Shown: piece after piece, positions 17,262-25,954 of the stretch
Layout of the letters: every line of letters begins with the position of its first letter
How positions within the stretch are numbered: the stretch's first letter is position 1
Assembly: GCA_022563615.1 (NCBI GenBank)
Contig: JADFMZ010000001.1
Location: forward strand, 1-33,233
Length of the DNA stretch: 33,233 nucleotides
Source of the DNA: Planctomycetota bacterium
Lineage (GTDB): Bacteria; Planctomycetota; Phycisphaerae; UBA1845
Direction of reading: 5' to 3'
Made by a program: the position numbers and the translations under genes
Notes under the pieces: model-generated
The model's input: the letters and a program-made list of their open reading frames with translations, nothing else
What the model was told of the DNA's origin: nothing
The model's database searches: none

Positions 17262-18040
17262 ACCTTGCACAATCGCCGATTGGATTCGGAGCCTTCAAAA
17301 TCGGACGCAACCAGGACGTCAAGTATCCCCAGCCTTTTGAGCTTCCCGACCTCCGCGAGGTCGAGGCCCTGCTCAACGGCCTGCTCGATCTGGGAATCCA
17401 CTACATCGACACCGCCCCGGCCTACGGCTTGAGCGAAGAGCGAATCGGCCAAACGATCGCCCATCGGCGGCGGGAATACCTGCTCTCGACCAAGGTCGGC
17501 GAGACCTTTGAGCGCGGGGTGTCCGCCTACGATTTCTCGCGGCGCGCCGTGCGCCAGAGCATTCACCGCAGTTTGAAACGACTGCGAACCGACCTGCTCG
17601 ACCTCGTGTTCATTCACGCCGGCCGGGACGATGTGACCATTCTCAAAGAAACAGACGTCGTGGCGACGCTGTGTGCGTTGCGCGACGAAGGTTGCATTCG
17701 CGCGATCGGGTTGTCGGGACACAGCGAGGCGGCGTTTCGCGCTTCCTTGGACTGGTCCGATGCCTTCATGCTGACCTATCATCCTGAGGATCGATCTTTG
17801 GAGCCTCTTATCGCTGAGGCCGCGCGGCGGGGTGTCTCAGTCATTGTCAAGAAGCCCCTGGCCTCCGGCACATTGAGCGCGGATCAGGCGATTCCCTTTG
17901 CCCTGCGAAATCCGGGCGTGGTGAGCGTCGTCGTGGGAAGTTTGAATCTCAGCCACATGCAGGAAAATCTGCGAAGCGCCGAACAAATCCGTCCGCGATC
18001 GGGAGACCCTAACCTGAAAACATCCCCGGGGGGCAGTTGA
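17249..18040 (+). CDS. Aldo/keto reductase family oxidoreductase
   Basis: AKR blocks are present (IHYIDTAPAYGLSEERIG, LLSTKVG, DLVFIHA, IRAIGLSGH). ATG 17249 overlaps the upstream stop by 13 nt. Confidence 0.88.
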   Translation: MARIDLAQSPIGFGAFKIGRNQDVKYPQPFELPDLREVEALLNGLLDLGIHYIDTAPAYGLSEERIGQTIAHRRREYLLSTKVGETFERGVSAYDFSRRAVRQSIHRSLKRLRTDLLDLVFIHAGRDDVTILKETDVVATLCALRDEGCIRAIGLSGHSEAAFRASLDWSDAFMLTYHPEDRSLEPLIAEAARRGVSVIVKKPLASGTLSADQAIPFALRNPGVVSVVVGSLNLSHMQENLRSAEQIRPRSGDPNLKTSPGGS

Positions 18041-18042
18041 CG

Positions 18043-18918
18043 ATGTCGCAACCCGCCGTCTTTCTCGATCGCGACGGAACAATCATTGACGATGTTGGCT
18101 ACCTCAACGATCCGGAGAAGGTTCGACTGCTTCCGGGGGCCGCCGACGCCATTCGACGGATGCGCAGTGCCGGCTATCGCGTAGTCATCATTTCCAACCA
18201 GTCGGGCATCGCCCGGGGTATGCTGGACGAACCGACCCTGGCCCAAATCCAGGCTCGACTAGAGGAACTCCTGGACCAGGACGGCGCCTCCCTCGACGGC
18301 GTTTACTATTGCCCCTACCTGGACGGGCCGGACGCCGTGGTCGAGGCCTATCGACGCAACAGCGAACTGCGGAAGCCGCGCCCGGGGATGTTGTTTCAGG
18401 CTGCCCGGGAGCTGAATCTCGACCTGAAGCGGTCGTGGATGATCGGCGATTCCACGTCCGACGTAGCCGCGGGTCATCGCGCCGGCTGTCGGACCATCCT
18501 GGTCCGATCGAATCGCGCGGACAGTGCGGAAGACGAACGCTCCGCGACCTGCACGGTTGACAACCTCGCCGAAGCCGCCGACGCTGTCCTGCGTATGATG
18601 ACCAGGAATCAGCAGAATCCGCCAGCGAAATTGGACGCCACAGCGCCCGAAGAACAGGCGCATCAGGATCAGGTTCTGCGCGCGCTCGATCGGATTCACG
18701 ACCAGCTCGAGCGCACCGATCGTCGGAATCGCCAGGCGGACTTTTCCGTGTTGCGCCTGTTCGGAGCCCTGCTTCAGATGTTCGCGCTGGTGGCGGCGCT
18801 GTGGGGCGTCGCAGCGCTGTTGAACGAGCAGAGCGCGCCCGCCACGGCACGACTGATGCTCGCCTGCTTTCTGCAACTCGCGTCGATCACCGCCCTGGCG
18901 GTTGATCGCTTCCGCTAA
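18043..18918 (+). CDS. gmhB: HAD-IIIA phosphatase, GmhB-like (D,D-heptose 1,7-bisphosphate phosphatase family), with a C-terminal membrane extension
   Basis: HAD motifs are present (VFLDRDGTI, ISNQSGIARG, RKPRPGML, MIGDSTSDVAAG). About 100 additional C-terminal residues carry two hydrophobic segments (LRLFGALLQMFALVAALWGVAALL, LMLACFLQLASITALAV). The symbol is tentative. Confidence 0.78.
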   Translation: MSQPAVFLDRDGTIIDDVGYLNDPEKVRLLPGAADAIRRMRSAGYRVVIISNQSGIARGMLDEPTLAQIQARLEELLDQDGASLDGVYYCPYLDGPDAVVEAYRRNSELRKPRPGMLFQAARELNLDLKRSWMIGDSTSDVAAGHRAGCRTILVRSNRADSAEDERSATCTVDNLAEAADAVLRMMTRNQQNPPAKLDATAPEEQAHQDQVLRALDRIHDQLERTDRRNRQADFSVLRLFGALLQMFALVAALWGVAALLNEQSAPATARLMLACFLQLASITALAVDRFR

Positions 18919-19008
18919 CGCATCCGACCGTGCCGCGCAGTGGCATCCCCCTCTGAACGGACCGATCCGCCGGATCCATCCCACCTAACGCCGTAACAAA
19001 ACCCATGC

Positions 19009-19040
19009 AAAAGCCCACGGGTGGTTTCCCGTGGGCTTTT
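19009..19040. terminator. Bidirectional rho-independent terminator between convergent genes
   Basis: aaaa-gcccacggg-tggttt-cccgtgggc-tttt. The GC-rich stem of 9-10 bp is flanked by an A-run and a T-run, so it can terminate both the gmhB-like (+) and HU (-) transcripts. Confidence 0.8.
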
Positions 19041-19120
19041 CGATCGAATGACTTGTCTTGCCAACACACAACGGCGCTCCACCGGAGCGAGCGCGCGTGT
19101 TGCGCGTGCGGTGCGAAGGT

Positions 19121-19465
19121 CTAGACCATCGTCTTTAGACCGCGCAGCGCGAGAACCTTCACGACGTTGCGGGCCGGCTTGGCCTTGAACATCATCTCCT
19201 CTTTCGTGAACGGGTTGATGCCCTTCCGGGCCTTGGTCGCCGGCTTGCGTACGACCTTGATTTTCATCAGGCCAGGAACGGTGAAATATCCCGGGCCGCT
19301 TCGCCCGAGATCTTTCTTGATCATACCCGCCAGATCATCGAACAGGAGACCCACTTGTTTACGGGTCATTTCGTTCGACTCCGCCAGCGCACCATAGACT
19401 TCAGCCTTGGTCCGTGCCTTTACCTTCCCCTTACTCTTCTTGCTCTTCGTGCTCTTCTTCGCCAT
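19121..19465 (-). CDS. hup: HU/IHF-family DNA-binding protein with lysine-rich N-terminal tail
   Basis: The core (TKAEVYGALAE, FTVPGLMKIKVVRKPATKARKGINPFTKEEMMFKAKPARNVVKV) matches the HU fold with its beta-arm. The N-terminus MAKKSTKSKKSKGKVKART is a basic tail. Confidence 0.92.
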   Translation of the reverse strand: MAKKSTKSKKSKGKVKARTKAEVYGALAESNEMTRKQVGLLFDDLAGMIKKDLGRSGPGYFTVPGLMKIKVVRKPATKARKGINPFTKEEMMFKAKPARNVVKVLALRGLKTMV

Positions 19466-19517
19466 CTATGCTTTCCTTTCCGAAAAATAAAGCCTTTCCT
19501 TGGCTCACTCGCGGAAG

Positions 19518-19546
19518 AATCTAAGGCCGCGCCCAATGAGAATCAA
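19518..19546 (-). promoter_or_regulatory. Putative sigma-70-like promoter for the HU gene
   Basis: On the minus strand, TTGATT is followed by 17 nt and then TAGATT, with an A/T-rich tract upstream. The HU start is about 55 nt downstream. Sequence-only prediction. Confidence 0.3.
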
Positions 19547-19732
19547 GTGTTTTCCACTCAAAAAATCATTTTTTCCTTTGCCTATAGAGGAAAACCGAAC
19601 GCCGTGCCGAATCCTCCCGCCGGGCGGACCGGTCACGCGAGCGTAGCGCGCCCCGGCTCGCGCTCATCGATTGGCTTGAGCGGACGCGATCGAACTCGGA
19701 TCAGCGCCATCGCATCACCCACGCCGGCCCCT

Positions 19733-20458
19733 TTATCCAGTGCTTTCCACGAGCAACGGGGAACGGCGGCGGCGGCGTTTCTTGACGCCGCCGGGCTTGG
19801 GCGGTGGCGGCAACCGGGGCCCGGCAGCCTCTGCCATCGGTATCGCATCGGCGACCGTCCTGGCCATCAAATCCGCATTGACCTCTTGCCAAAGCCCATC
19901 CGCCCGATTGAACACCCCGCCCGATACCATGATGTTCATCGTCGGGTTGACGCCCAGATCGCGTATCCTGTCCACCAGCTTGCGTACGCCCGGCACTCCG
20001 GCAGGACGGGTGCCGAAGATCAACAGCAGCTCCGGCCTGATCTGGCCCGCAAGACTCACAATCTCGTCATTAGGCACCCCACCGCCCAGAAAACAGACTT
20101 CCCAGCCCTGTGACTCGAACAAATCGGCGCACATCTGGGCGCCAAGCTCCTCCGGCTCTCCGTCCGCGCAGGCGATCAAGATCCTTTTCCCATTCCGCTG
20201 GGCGCAGGGGAGGCTGAGTTGGAGTTGGTCGGCAATCGTGCGGTTGATACGGGTGGCCATGTGCTCCAAGGCGATGTTGATTTGGTCCGCCCGATAAATC
20301 TTTTCAATCTGTTCCATCGCCGGCCAGAGAATCCGCGTGTAGAGGTCGGACGGCTGTTTGGCCTTGGCCAATGCGTCTTGGATGAACTTGCGGCAGGCGG
20401 GTCGGTCGCCAGACAACAGGAAGCTTACATACTGATCCATAGGGGACGGTGACGGCAT
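19733..20458 (-). CDS. B12-binding-domain-like protein (helical cap plus Rossmann-like domain) lacking the canonical His ligand
   Basis: An N-terminal four-helix cap-like region precedes the domain RILIACADGEPEELGAQMCADLFESQGWEVCFLGGGVP...MVSGGVF. This aligns with the DxHxxG B12-binding fold but reads GEPEELG at that motif. The C-terminus is a basic Pro/Arg tail. Confidence 0.75.
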   Translation of the reverse strand: MPSPSPMDQYVSFLLSGDRPACRKFIQDALAKAKQPSDLYTRILWPAMEQIEKIYRADQINIALEHMATRINRTIADQLQLSLPCAQRNGKRILIACADGEPEELGAQMCADLFESQGWEVCFLGGGVPNDEIVSLAGQIRPELLLIFGTRPAGVPGVRKLVDRIRDLGVNPTMNIMVSGGVFNRADGLWQEVNADLMARTVADAIPMAEAAGPRLPPPPKPGGVKKRRRRRSPLLVESTG

Positions 20459-20603
20459 GGCAATCGTTCCTTCGGCGCGCGAACGAAGCTCAGGAGTCCT
20501 GCGAGACAGGCCTCCTGCCCGATCCTGAGAACGATCCGCTACGCAGTCCTTTGGAAACCCAGGACTCCGTCCCGGAATGCGACAAACAACCTATCCAGCC
20601 TGA

Positions 20604-20636
20604 TATATTACCACGATAGTTAAAATAGGTAATATA
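20604..20636. promoter_or_regulatory. A/T-rich inverted repeat in the divergent intergenic region (operator and/or divergent -10 elements)
   Basis: tatattacc - 15 nt - ggtaatata sits in the most A/T-rich stretch of the window, between the minus-strand B12-like gene and plus-strand rnr. The minus-strand reading tggtaatat resembles an extended -10. Confidence 0.3.
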
Positions 20637-20947
20637 GCTAAACTGGTAAACCGCTTATCGACATGGAATCACAATTTCCTTGAGGCTTAGTCACCGTTTT
20701 TTCGGCGTGTTGATCGTCGTGCTTCATCAGCCCCGAGTAGGTCGCGCACCACTTCCGAAGCGACCCTCCATTCCGAAACGCTTTCGGGATTCTCATCTTC
20801 CCAGCGCAACGCCGAGGCCCGAGCCGGCTTCACTCATGAACATCGCGATGACATTCCCCATGGCTTCGAGCACGCCCATGTCGTGGCGCAAGGGCTGTCG
20901 ATCGGCACAGGCTTCTGTTGTAATCTCCAGTCCATCGGAGCCGCTTT

Positions 20948-23221
20948 ATGTCGTCGAACAACCTGTCTGAGCGCGTCCTGGGCTTCATCCAATCCAAGGG
21001 CTACGAACCGCAGACCGCGATCCAGTTAGCGGAGACCTTGAACATCGCCGAACACCATCAGGAAGACTTTCACCTTGCATGTAAGGCTTTGATGAAGTCC
21101 GGACAGGTCGCCCGAGGGCCGCGCAACGTCCTTACGCTTCCACCTCCGCCGGGAAAGATCATCGGCGTGTTTCGAGGCAATCTGCGCGGTTTCGGCTTCG
21201 TCATCCCGGATGTTCCGAACTCCCAGGGCGATCTCTACATACCTTCGGGGGCGACAAAGGGGGCGATGAACGGCGACGAGGTCAGCGCCAAGGTGATGAA
21301 GCGGGGCAAACGCGGCGGGAAAATGCTCTTCGAAGGTCGAATCATCACGATCCTCAAACATGGGCAAACGCAGGCTGTGGGGCAGCTACGGCGAAAGAAC
21401 GGGCAGTGGCTCGTCGTTCCGGACGGCAACCGCATCCACTTGCCGATCCAAGTCGGTGACGCCAACGCCAAAGGGGCCCGGGAGGGCGATCAGGTCGTGG
21501 TGGAGATCATTCGATACCCGACCGAGCGGACGGGAGCACGCGGCGCGATCGTCAAGGTTCTTGGTCGGCACGGCCGGCCGGGCGTCGATACGCTCAGCAT
21601 CATTGAGCAGTACAAACTGCCCGGCGCCTTCGACGAGGCTGTGTTGCAAGACGCCCGAGACGCAGCCGCCGGCTTCAACCCAGGAGAGGAAGCGCAATCG
21701 CGCGAAGTTCTGAACCACCTGACGATTATCACGATCGACCCGAACGACGCCGGAGATTTCGATGACGCGGTCTCGCTGGTGCAAAACGCGGAGGGAGTCG
21801 TTGAGCTGGGCGTACATATCGCGGACGTGGCGCACTTTGTTCGCGAAAACAGCCCGCTCGATCGGGAGGCGCGGGAACGATCCAACAGCGTCTATCTGCC
21901 CGGCACGGTGCTGCCGATGCTGCCGGAAATCCTTTCCAACGAGGTTTGTTCGCTCCAGGAACGTCAGCGCCGACTGACCAAAAGCGTGTTCATCCGGTAC
22001 GACCGACGGGGCCGGGTCAAGCAGGTCCGCCTGGCTAACACCATGATCCGATCCACGAAGCGACTGACCTATGAGCAGGCGACGCGGATTCTGGATGGCA
22101 AGCCGGGACGGACCAGCGCCAAGGTGGTCGCGTTACTCAAAGAGATGGAGAAACTGGCCCGGTTGATCCTAGCCAGACGACGGCGCGAGGGGATGCTGGA
22201 ACTGGAGTTGCCCCAAATCGATCCGGTCCACGACGAAGATGGAACCGTCATCGGCGTCGAACCGGCGGACACCGGCTTTTCCCACAAGATCATCGAAATG
22301 TTCATGCTCGAAGCCAACGAAGCGGTGGCCGGCGTGTTGCAGGCCCGAGGCGTTCCGTTCCTGCGCCGCATTCATGATGAACCCAGGGAGCCGTCAGGGA
22401 ACACGCTCCTGCAATTCCTTCGCGCGATGGGACATCCTCTTCCCTCCGCCCCGGACCGCTTTGCACTTCAGAAGCTGCTGGAGAAGGTCCGGGGCACGCC
22501 GGATGGCTTCAGCGTGCATCTGGCAGTCCTGCGATCGATGCAACAGGCGCAATACTCACCGCTTCAACTGGGCCACTACGCCCTGGCAAGTCGGCACTAC
22601 TGCCATTTCACATCGCCGATCCGACGGTATCCCGATCTGACCATCCATCGCCTGGTCGATTGGCACCTGAACGGGCGGATCGATGCGGAGAGCAAAGATC
22701 ATCATCGCTCGACTCGGGACGGGGCAGGCAATCCACCCAGCCAGGATGAACTTTTTGCGCTGGGCGCACAATGCAGCGCCAACGAACGGCGGGCCGAGGA
22801 GGCTGAAAGAGAACTGAAGCTGGTGTTGATGCTCCGCTGGCTCGCCCAACACACCGGCAAGGAATTTGACGGAATCGTGACCGGAGTAGCCAGCTTCGGC
22901 GTGTTCGTCCAGTTGAAAGAGGTTCTCATTGACGGCTTGCTTCGCCTGGAGCAGCTCTCGGGCAGCCGGTGGAAAATGGACGCGGCCCGTAGCACGGTCG
23001 TGGGCGGGCGCGGCGGGCCAGGGATCAAAGTGGGCGACCGCTTGCGCGTCGTCATCGTCAGGATCGATCTGCCGACCCGAAAGTTGGAACTTGCACTGGC
23101 AAGACCACAGACTGACCGGCGCGAGCGAAAGCACCCCTCGCACAGCCGGCCGCGCGGAGCGGGGAAGGCTCGTAGCAAGAAGATCCATCGCAAGGGTAAG
23201 AAGCGGCGTAGAAATCATTAA
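20948..23221 (+). CDS. rnr: Ribonuclease R
   Basis: 757 aa with cold-shock-like N-terminal domains, RNB catalytic motifs (ITIDPNDAGDFDDAVS, HYCHFTSPIRRYPDL), a C-terminal S1 domain (FDGIVTGVASFGVFVQL) and a Lys/Arg-rich tail. Confidence 0.95.
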   Translation: MSSNNLSERVLGFIQSKGYEPQTAIQLAETLNIAEHHQEDFHLACKALMKSGQVARGPRNVLTLPPPPGKIIGVFRGNLRGFGFVIPDVPNSQGDLYIPSGATKGAMNGDEVSAKVMKRGKRGGKMLFEGRIITILKHGQTQAVGQLRRKNGQWLVVPDGNRIHLPIQVGDANAKGAREGDQVVVEIIRYPTERTGARGAIVKVLGRHGRPGVDTLSIIEQYKLPGAFDEAVLQDARDAAAGFNPGEEAQSREVLNHLTIITIDPNDAGDFDDAVSLVQNAEGVVELGVHIADVAHFVRENSPLDREARERSNSVYLPGTVLPMLPEILSNEVCSLQERQRRLTKSVFIRYDRRGRVKQVRLANTMIRSTKRLTYEQATRILDGKPGRTSAKVVALLKEMEKLARLILARRRREGMLELELPQIDPVHDEDGTVIGVEPADTGFSHKIIEMFMLEANEAVAGVLQARGVPFLRRIHDEPREPSGNTLLQFLRAMGHPLPSAPDRFALQKLLEKVRGTPDGFSVHLAVLRSMQQAQYSPLQLGHYALASRHYCHFTSPIRRYPDLTIHRLVDWHLNGRIDAESKDHHRSTRDGAGNPPSQDELFALGAQCSANERRAEEAERELKLVLMLRWLAQHTGKEFDGIVTGVASFGVFVQLKEVLIDGLLRLEQLSGSRWKMDAARSTVVGGRGGPGIKVGDRLRVVIVRIDLPTRKLELALARPQTDRRERKHPSHSRPRGAGKARSKKIHRKGKKRRRNH

Positions 23222-23290
23222 CGGGCAAGGAGAACCTGCGCCGACTCTTTCAACGTGAACTCGTACGCCGCAGGACCGTGTGCTGACTGA

Positions 23291-23370
23291 GAGCCTATCC
23301 CAAGAAAAGTGTGGCACGGGTTTGCAACACGTGCGCTAACACCGGCTGAAAACCGGTGCCACAAGGGTTG
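23291..23370 (+). repeat. Intergenic modular palindromic repeat, copy C
   Basis: gagcctatcccaagaaaagtgtggcacgggtttgcaacacgtgcgctaacaccggctgaaaaccggtgccacaagggttg aligns along its length with the reverse complement of copy B. It lies about 70 nt after the rnr stop. Confidence 0.75.
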
Positions 23371-23491
23371 ATCGAACAAGTTCCAATGCTTCGCTGCATT
23401 CCTGGTGACTACGCGCCCCCTGCCGTTTCTTGACAATTCGAGCACCAACCGCGATCCTGCCATCGTGATCCTGCCGTGAGGAGCCTTGTGC

Positions 23492-24475
23492 ATGCGTGTA
23501 CTGTCCGGAATTCAATCCAATGGAAAGCTGCACCTGGGCAACTACCTCGGGGCGATGAAGCAACACATCAAGATGCAGGACGAGCACGAATGCTTCTTCT
23601 TCATCGCCAACTACCATTCGCTGACGACGGTTCAAGATGCCAAGCAACTGGCCGCATACACGCGCGACGTCGCCCTGGACTATCTGGCCGTGGGGCTGGA
23701 CCCAAACCGGGCCAATCTGTTTCGGCAAAGCGACGTCCCCGAAGTCACCGAGCTGGCGTGGATCCTTTCGACGGTTACGGGTAAGGGGCTGCTCGAGCGG
23801 GCGACTTCCTACAAAGACAAAACCGCCAAGGGTGTTTCCGCATCGATGGGGTTATTCTGCTATCCGGTTTTGATGGCCGCCGATATCCTGATCTATGGCA
23901 GCGACCTTGTGCCGGTCGGGCAGGATCAGGTTCAACACATCGAGATGGCCCAGGACATGGCGGGTTACTTCAACAACACGTTCGGCCGGGAAGTGCTCAA
24001 GCGCCCCGAAGCCAAGCTCAACGAAGCCATGATTGTTCCCGGCATCGACGGGCAGAAGATGTCCAAGAGCTATGGGAATACCATCAACCTGTTCGATCCG
24101 CCCAATGTGCTCCGAAAGCGTATCATGAGCATCAAGACGGACAGCACGCCGGTCGAATCTCCGAAAGACCCCGATCGCTGCAACGTGTTCGCTTTGTATC
24201 GGTTGATGGCCCAGCCTGACGAAGTCTCCGCGCTGGAGCGCCGCTATCGAGAGGGCGGCATGGGCTATGGAGAGGCTAAGAAGCTCCTGGCTCAGGCCGT
24301 CGATCGAGTGCTGGAGCCGGCGCGGCAGCGACGGGAGCAATTGGCCCGAAACCCGGATGATGTCGAAGACGTGCTTCGCACAGCAGCCGGACGGGCCCGC
24401 GCGATCGCGCAAGGCGTGATGGCCGACGTTCGGGACGCCTGCGGATTGGCAACACTGAAGGACACCCACCGTTGA
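23492..24475 (+). CDS. trpS: Tryptophan--tRNA ligase
   Basis: Class I aaRS signatures are present (GIQSNGKLHLGNYLG as the HIGH-type motif, KMSKS present). Length is typical. GAGGAG lies just upstream of ATG 23492. Confidence 0.95.
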   Translation: MRVLSGIQSNGKLHLGNYLGAMKQHIKMQDEHECFFFIANYHSLTTVQDAKQLAAYTRDVALDYLAVGLDPNRANLFRQSDVPEVTELAWILSTVTGKGLLERATSYKDKTAKGVSASMGLFCYPVLMAADILIYGSDLVPVGQDQVQHIEMAQDMAGYFNNTFGREVLKRPEAKLNEAMIVPGIDGQKMSKSYGNTINLFDPPNVLRKRIMSIKTDSTPVESPKDPDRCNVFALYRLMAQPDEVSALERRYREGGMGYGEAKKLLAQAVDRVLEPARQRREQLARNPDDVEDVLRTAAGRARAIAQGVMADVRDACGLATLKDTHR

Positions 24476-25506
24476 CCGAATCCCAGGACTATCGAGTCAG
24501 CCTTGACGTCTACAGCGGTCCGCTGGACCTGCTGCTGTTTCTGATCCAGCGGGATGAGATTGACGTCTACGATATCCCGATCTCGCGGATCACCAAGCAA
24601 TACGTTGAATATGTGGAGCTGCTGCATCTGATCGACCCGGAGGTCGTCAGCGAGTTTCTCGTTCTGGCGGCGACTTTGATGGAGATCAAGTCGCGGATGC
24701 TGCTTCCGAATCCTCCGCCGGACGAGACGGACGAGGAGATGATCGATCCGCGCCTCGAACTGGTGCGCCAACTCCTGGAATACAAACTGTTCAAAGACGC
24801 GGCCCACTCATTGGATGCGGCGGCGACTGAACGGGCGCTCAAGCATGCCCGCCTACCCGCAGCCGCGCCGATCACCGACGACGATATCGAGCTTGAAAAC
24901 CTGGACATCTGGGATCTGTTTGAGGCGTTCAACGGCCTGCTCAAGCAAATCGGCAAGGCCGGCGCAACCTATAAGATCGACGTCGATGACACGCCGGTGG
25001 AACTTCATGCCGACGACATCCTCGACTCGATCGACCGGGCCGGCGGCAAGCAGGCGTTTGAGGAAATCTTCTCGGGGCGCACCAAGGGGGAGATGATCGG
25101 GTTGTTTCTGGCTCTTCTGGAGCTGATCCGCCGGCATCGCATCCGAGTCGTGCAGGAGCGGGCGTTCGGGCCGATTCTGCTCTACCTGCTCGACCGGCGT
25201 CCCCTCGACCACGAAACGGATCTTGAGGAACAGAGCCCGCAGGATCAAGCGCCCGATGATGACACCCGCCGTGCAGAGGGGCTCGAAGAACCCAGCGACG
25301 ATGCAGGCCCTCCGGCCCGTCCCGAACGCGGCCAAGAGAATGACGACCAAGAACAAACGCATGAAGCGGGAGAATCCTCCAACGTGTTGTCGCCAAATGC
25401 CCCGAAGGCATTTGCGGGGGCGGCGTCTACGCACGGAGAGGACGATCCCGACCACGATGTTCCGGAGAATCCCCTATGCCCCCGAGCCAACGACTCGCTG
25501 AACTGA
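24472..25506 (+). CDS. scpA: Segregation and condensation protein A (ScpA) with acidic C-terminal extension
   Basis: The N-terminus LDVYSGPLDLLLFLIQRDEIDVYDIPISRITKQY is diagnostic for ScpA. The TTG start overlaps the trpS stop. The last 100 or so residues are Asp/Glu/Pro-rich. Confidence 0.88.
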   Translation: MTESQDYRVSLDVYSGPLDLLLFLIQRDEIDVYDIPISRITKQYVEYVELLHLIDPEVVSEFLVLAATLMEIKSRMLLPNPPPDETDEEMIDPRLELVRQLLEYKLFKDAAHSLDAAATERALKHARLPAAAPITDDDIELENLDIWDLFEAFNGLLKQIGKAGATYKIDVDDTPVELHADDILDSIDRAGGKQAFEEIFSGRTKGEMIGLFLALLELIRRHRIRVVQERAFGPILLYLLDRRPLDHETDLEEQSPQDQAPDDDTRRAEGLEEPSDDAGPPARPERGQENDDQEQTHEAGESSNVLSPNAPKAFAGAASTHGEDDPDHDVPENPLCPRANDSLN

Positions 25507-25940
25507 ACCTGACGCTCCCAAGCGTAGCGACTCCCGTCGGCAGCTATCTGCCCGCGCTGCAAAGCGGCCGACACATTTTCACCAGCGGCCAGCTTCCGCT
25601 CCGCGATGGAAAGGTCGTCTATACCGGCAAGGTGCCGCGCGACGTTTCCGTTGAGAAGGCTGCCGACGGCGCCGGCATGGCGGTGATGAACGCCCTTGCG
25701 GCCGTCGCCGGGGTGGCTGGTGGATTGGATGGCGTCGCACGGGTGGTTCGCCTTTGCGTGTACGTTAACAGCAGCCCCGGCTTTACCGAACAACCTAAAG
25801 TCGCCAACGGTGCGAGTGATTTGCTGGTGAAAATTTTCGGGGACGCCGGCCGGCACGCCCGCGCCGCCGTCGGTGTAGCCGAACTCCCCCTCGACGCGGC
25901 GGTCGAGCTGGAACTTATGGTTGAGGTCGTGGACCAATAG
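25476..25940 (+). CDS. RidA/YjgF-family protein
   Basis: YjgF-like pattern (PVGSYLPALQSGRHIFTSGQLP, AAVGVAELPLDAAVELELMVEV). It overlaps the scpA 3-prime end by 31 nt in another frame. Confidence 0.88.
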   Translation: MPPSQRLAELNLTLPSVATPVGSYLPALQSGRHIFTSGQLPLRDGKVVYTGKVPRDVSVEKAADGAGMAVMNALAAVAGVAGGLDGVARVVRLCVYVNSSPGFTEQPKVANGASDLLVKIFGDAGRHARAAVGVAELPLDAAVELELMVEVVDQ

Positions 25941-25954
25941 CGACACCTTCAGCT

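Noticed and set aside
20505-20520. B12-box-like string on the minus strand (gggcaggaggcctgtc) in the leader of the B12-binding-like gene, suggesting a cobalamin riboswitch.
   Set aside because: Only a partial match to the B12 box (about 12 of 16 positions by eye). The other conserved cobalamin-riboswitch elements (GCCACTG, GGGAA/GGTGAAA-type core) are absent from the 5-prime leader.
20680-20970. 96-aa plus-strand ORF upstream of rnr, and a short minus-strand ORF opposite it.
   Set aside because: No start context, low-complexity Pro/Arg/Ser-rich translation, and overlap with the rnr start. More likely rnr leader sequence.
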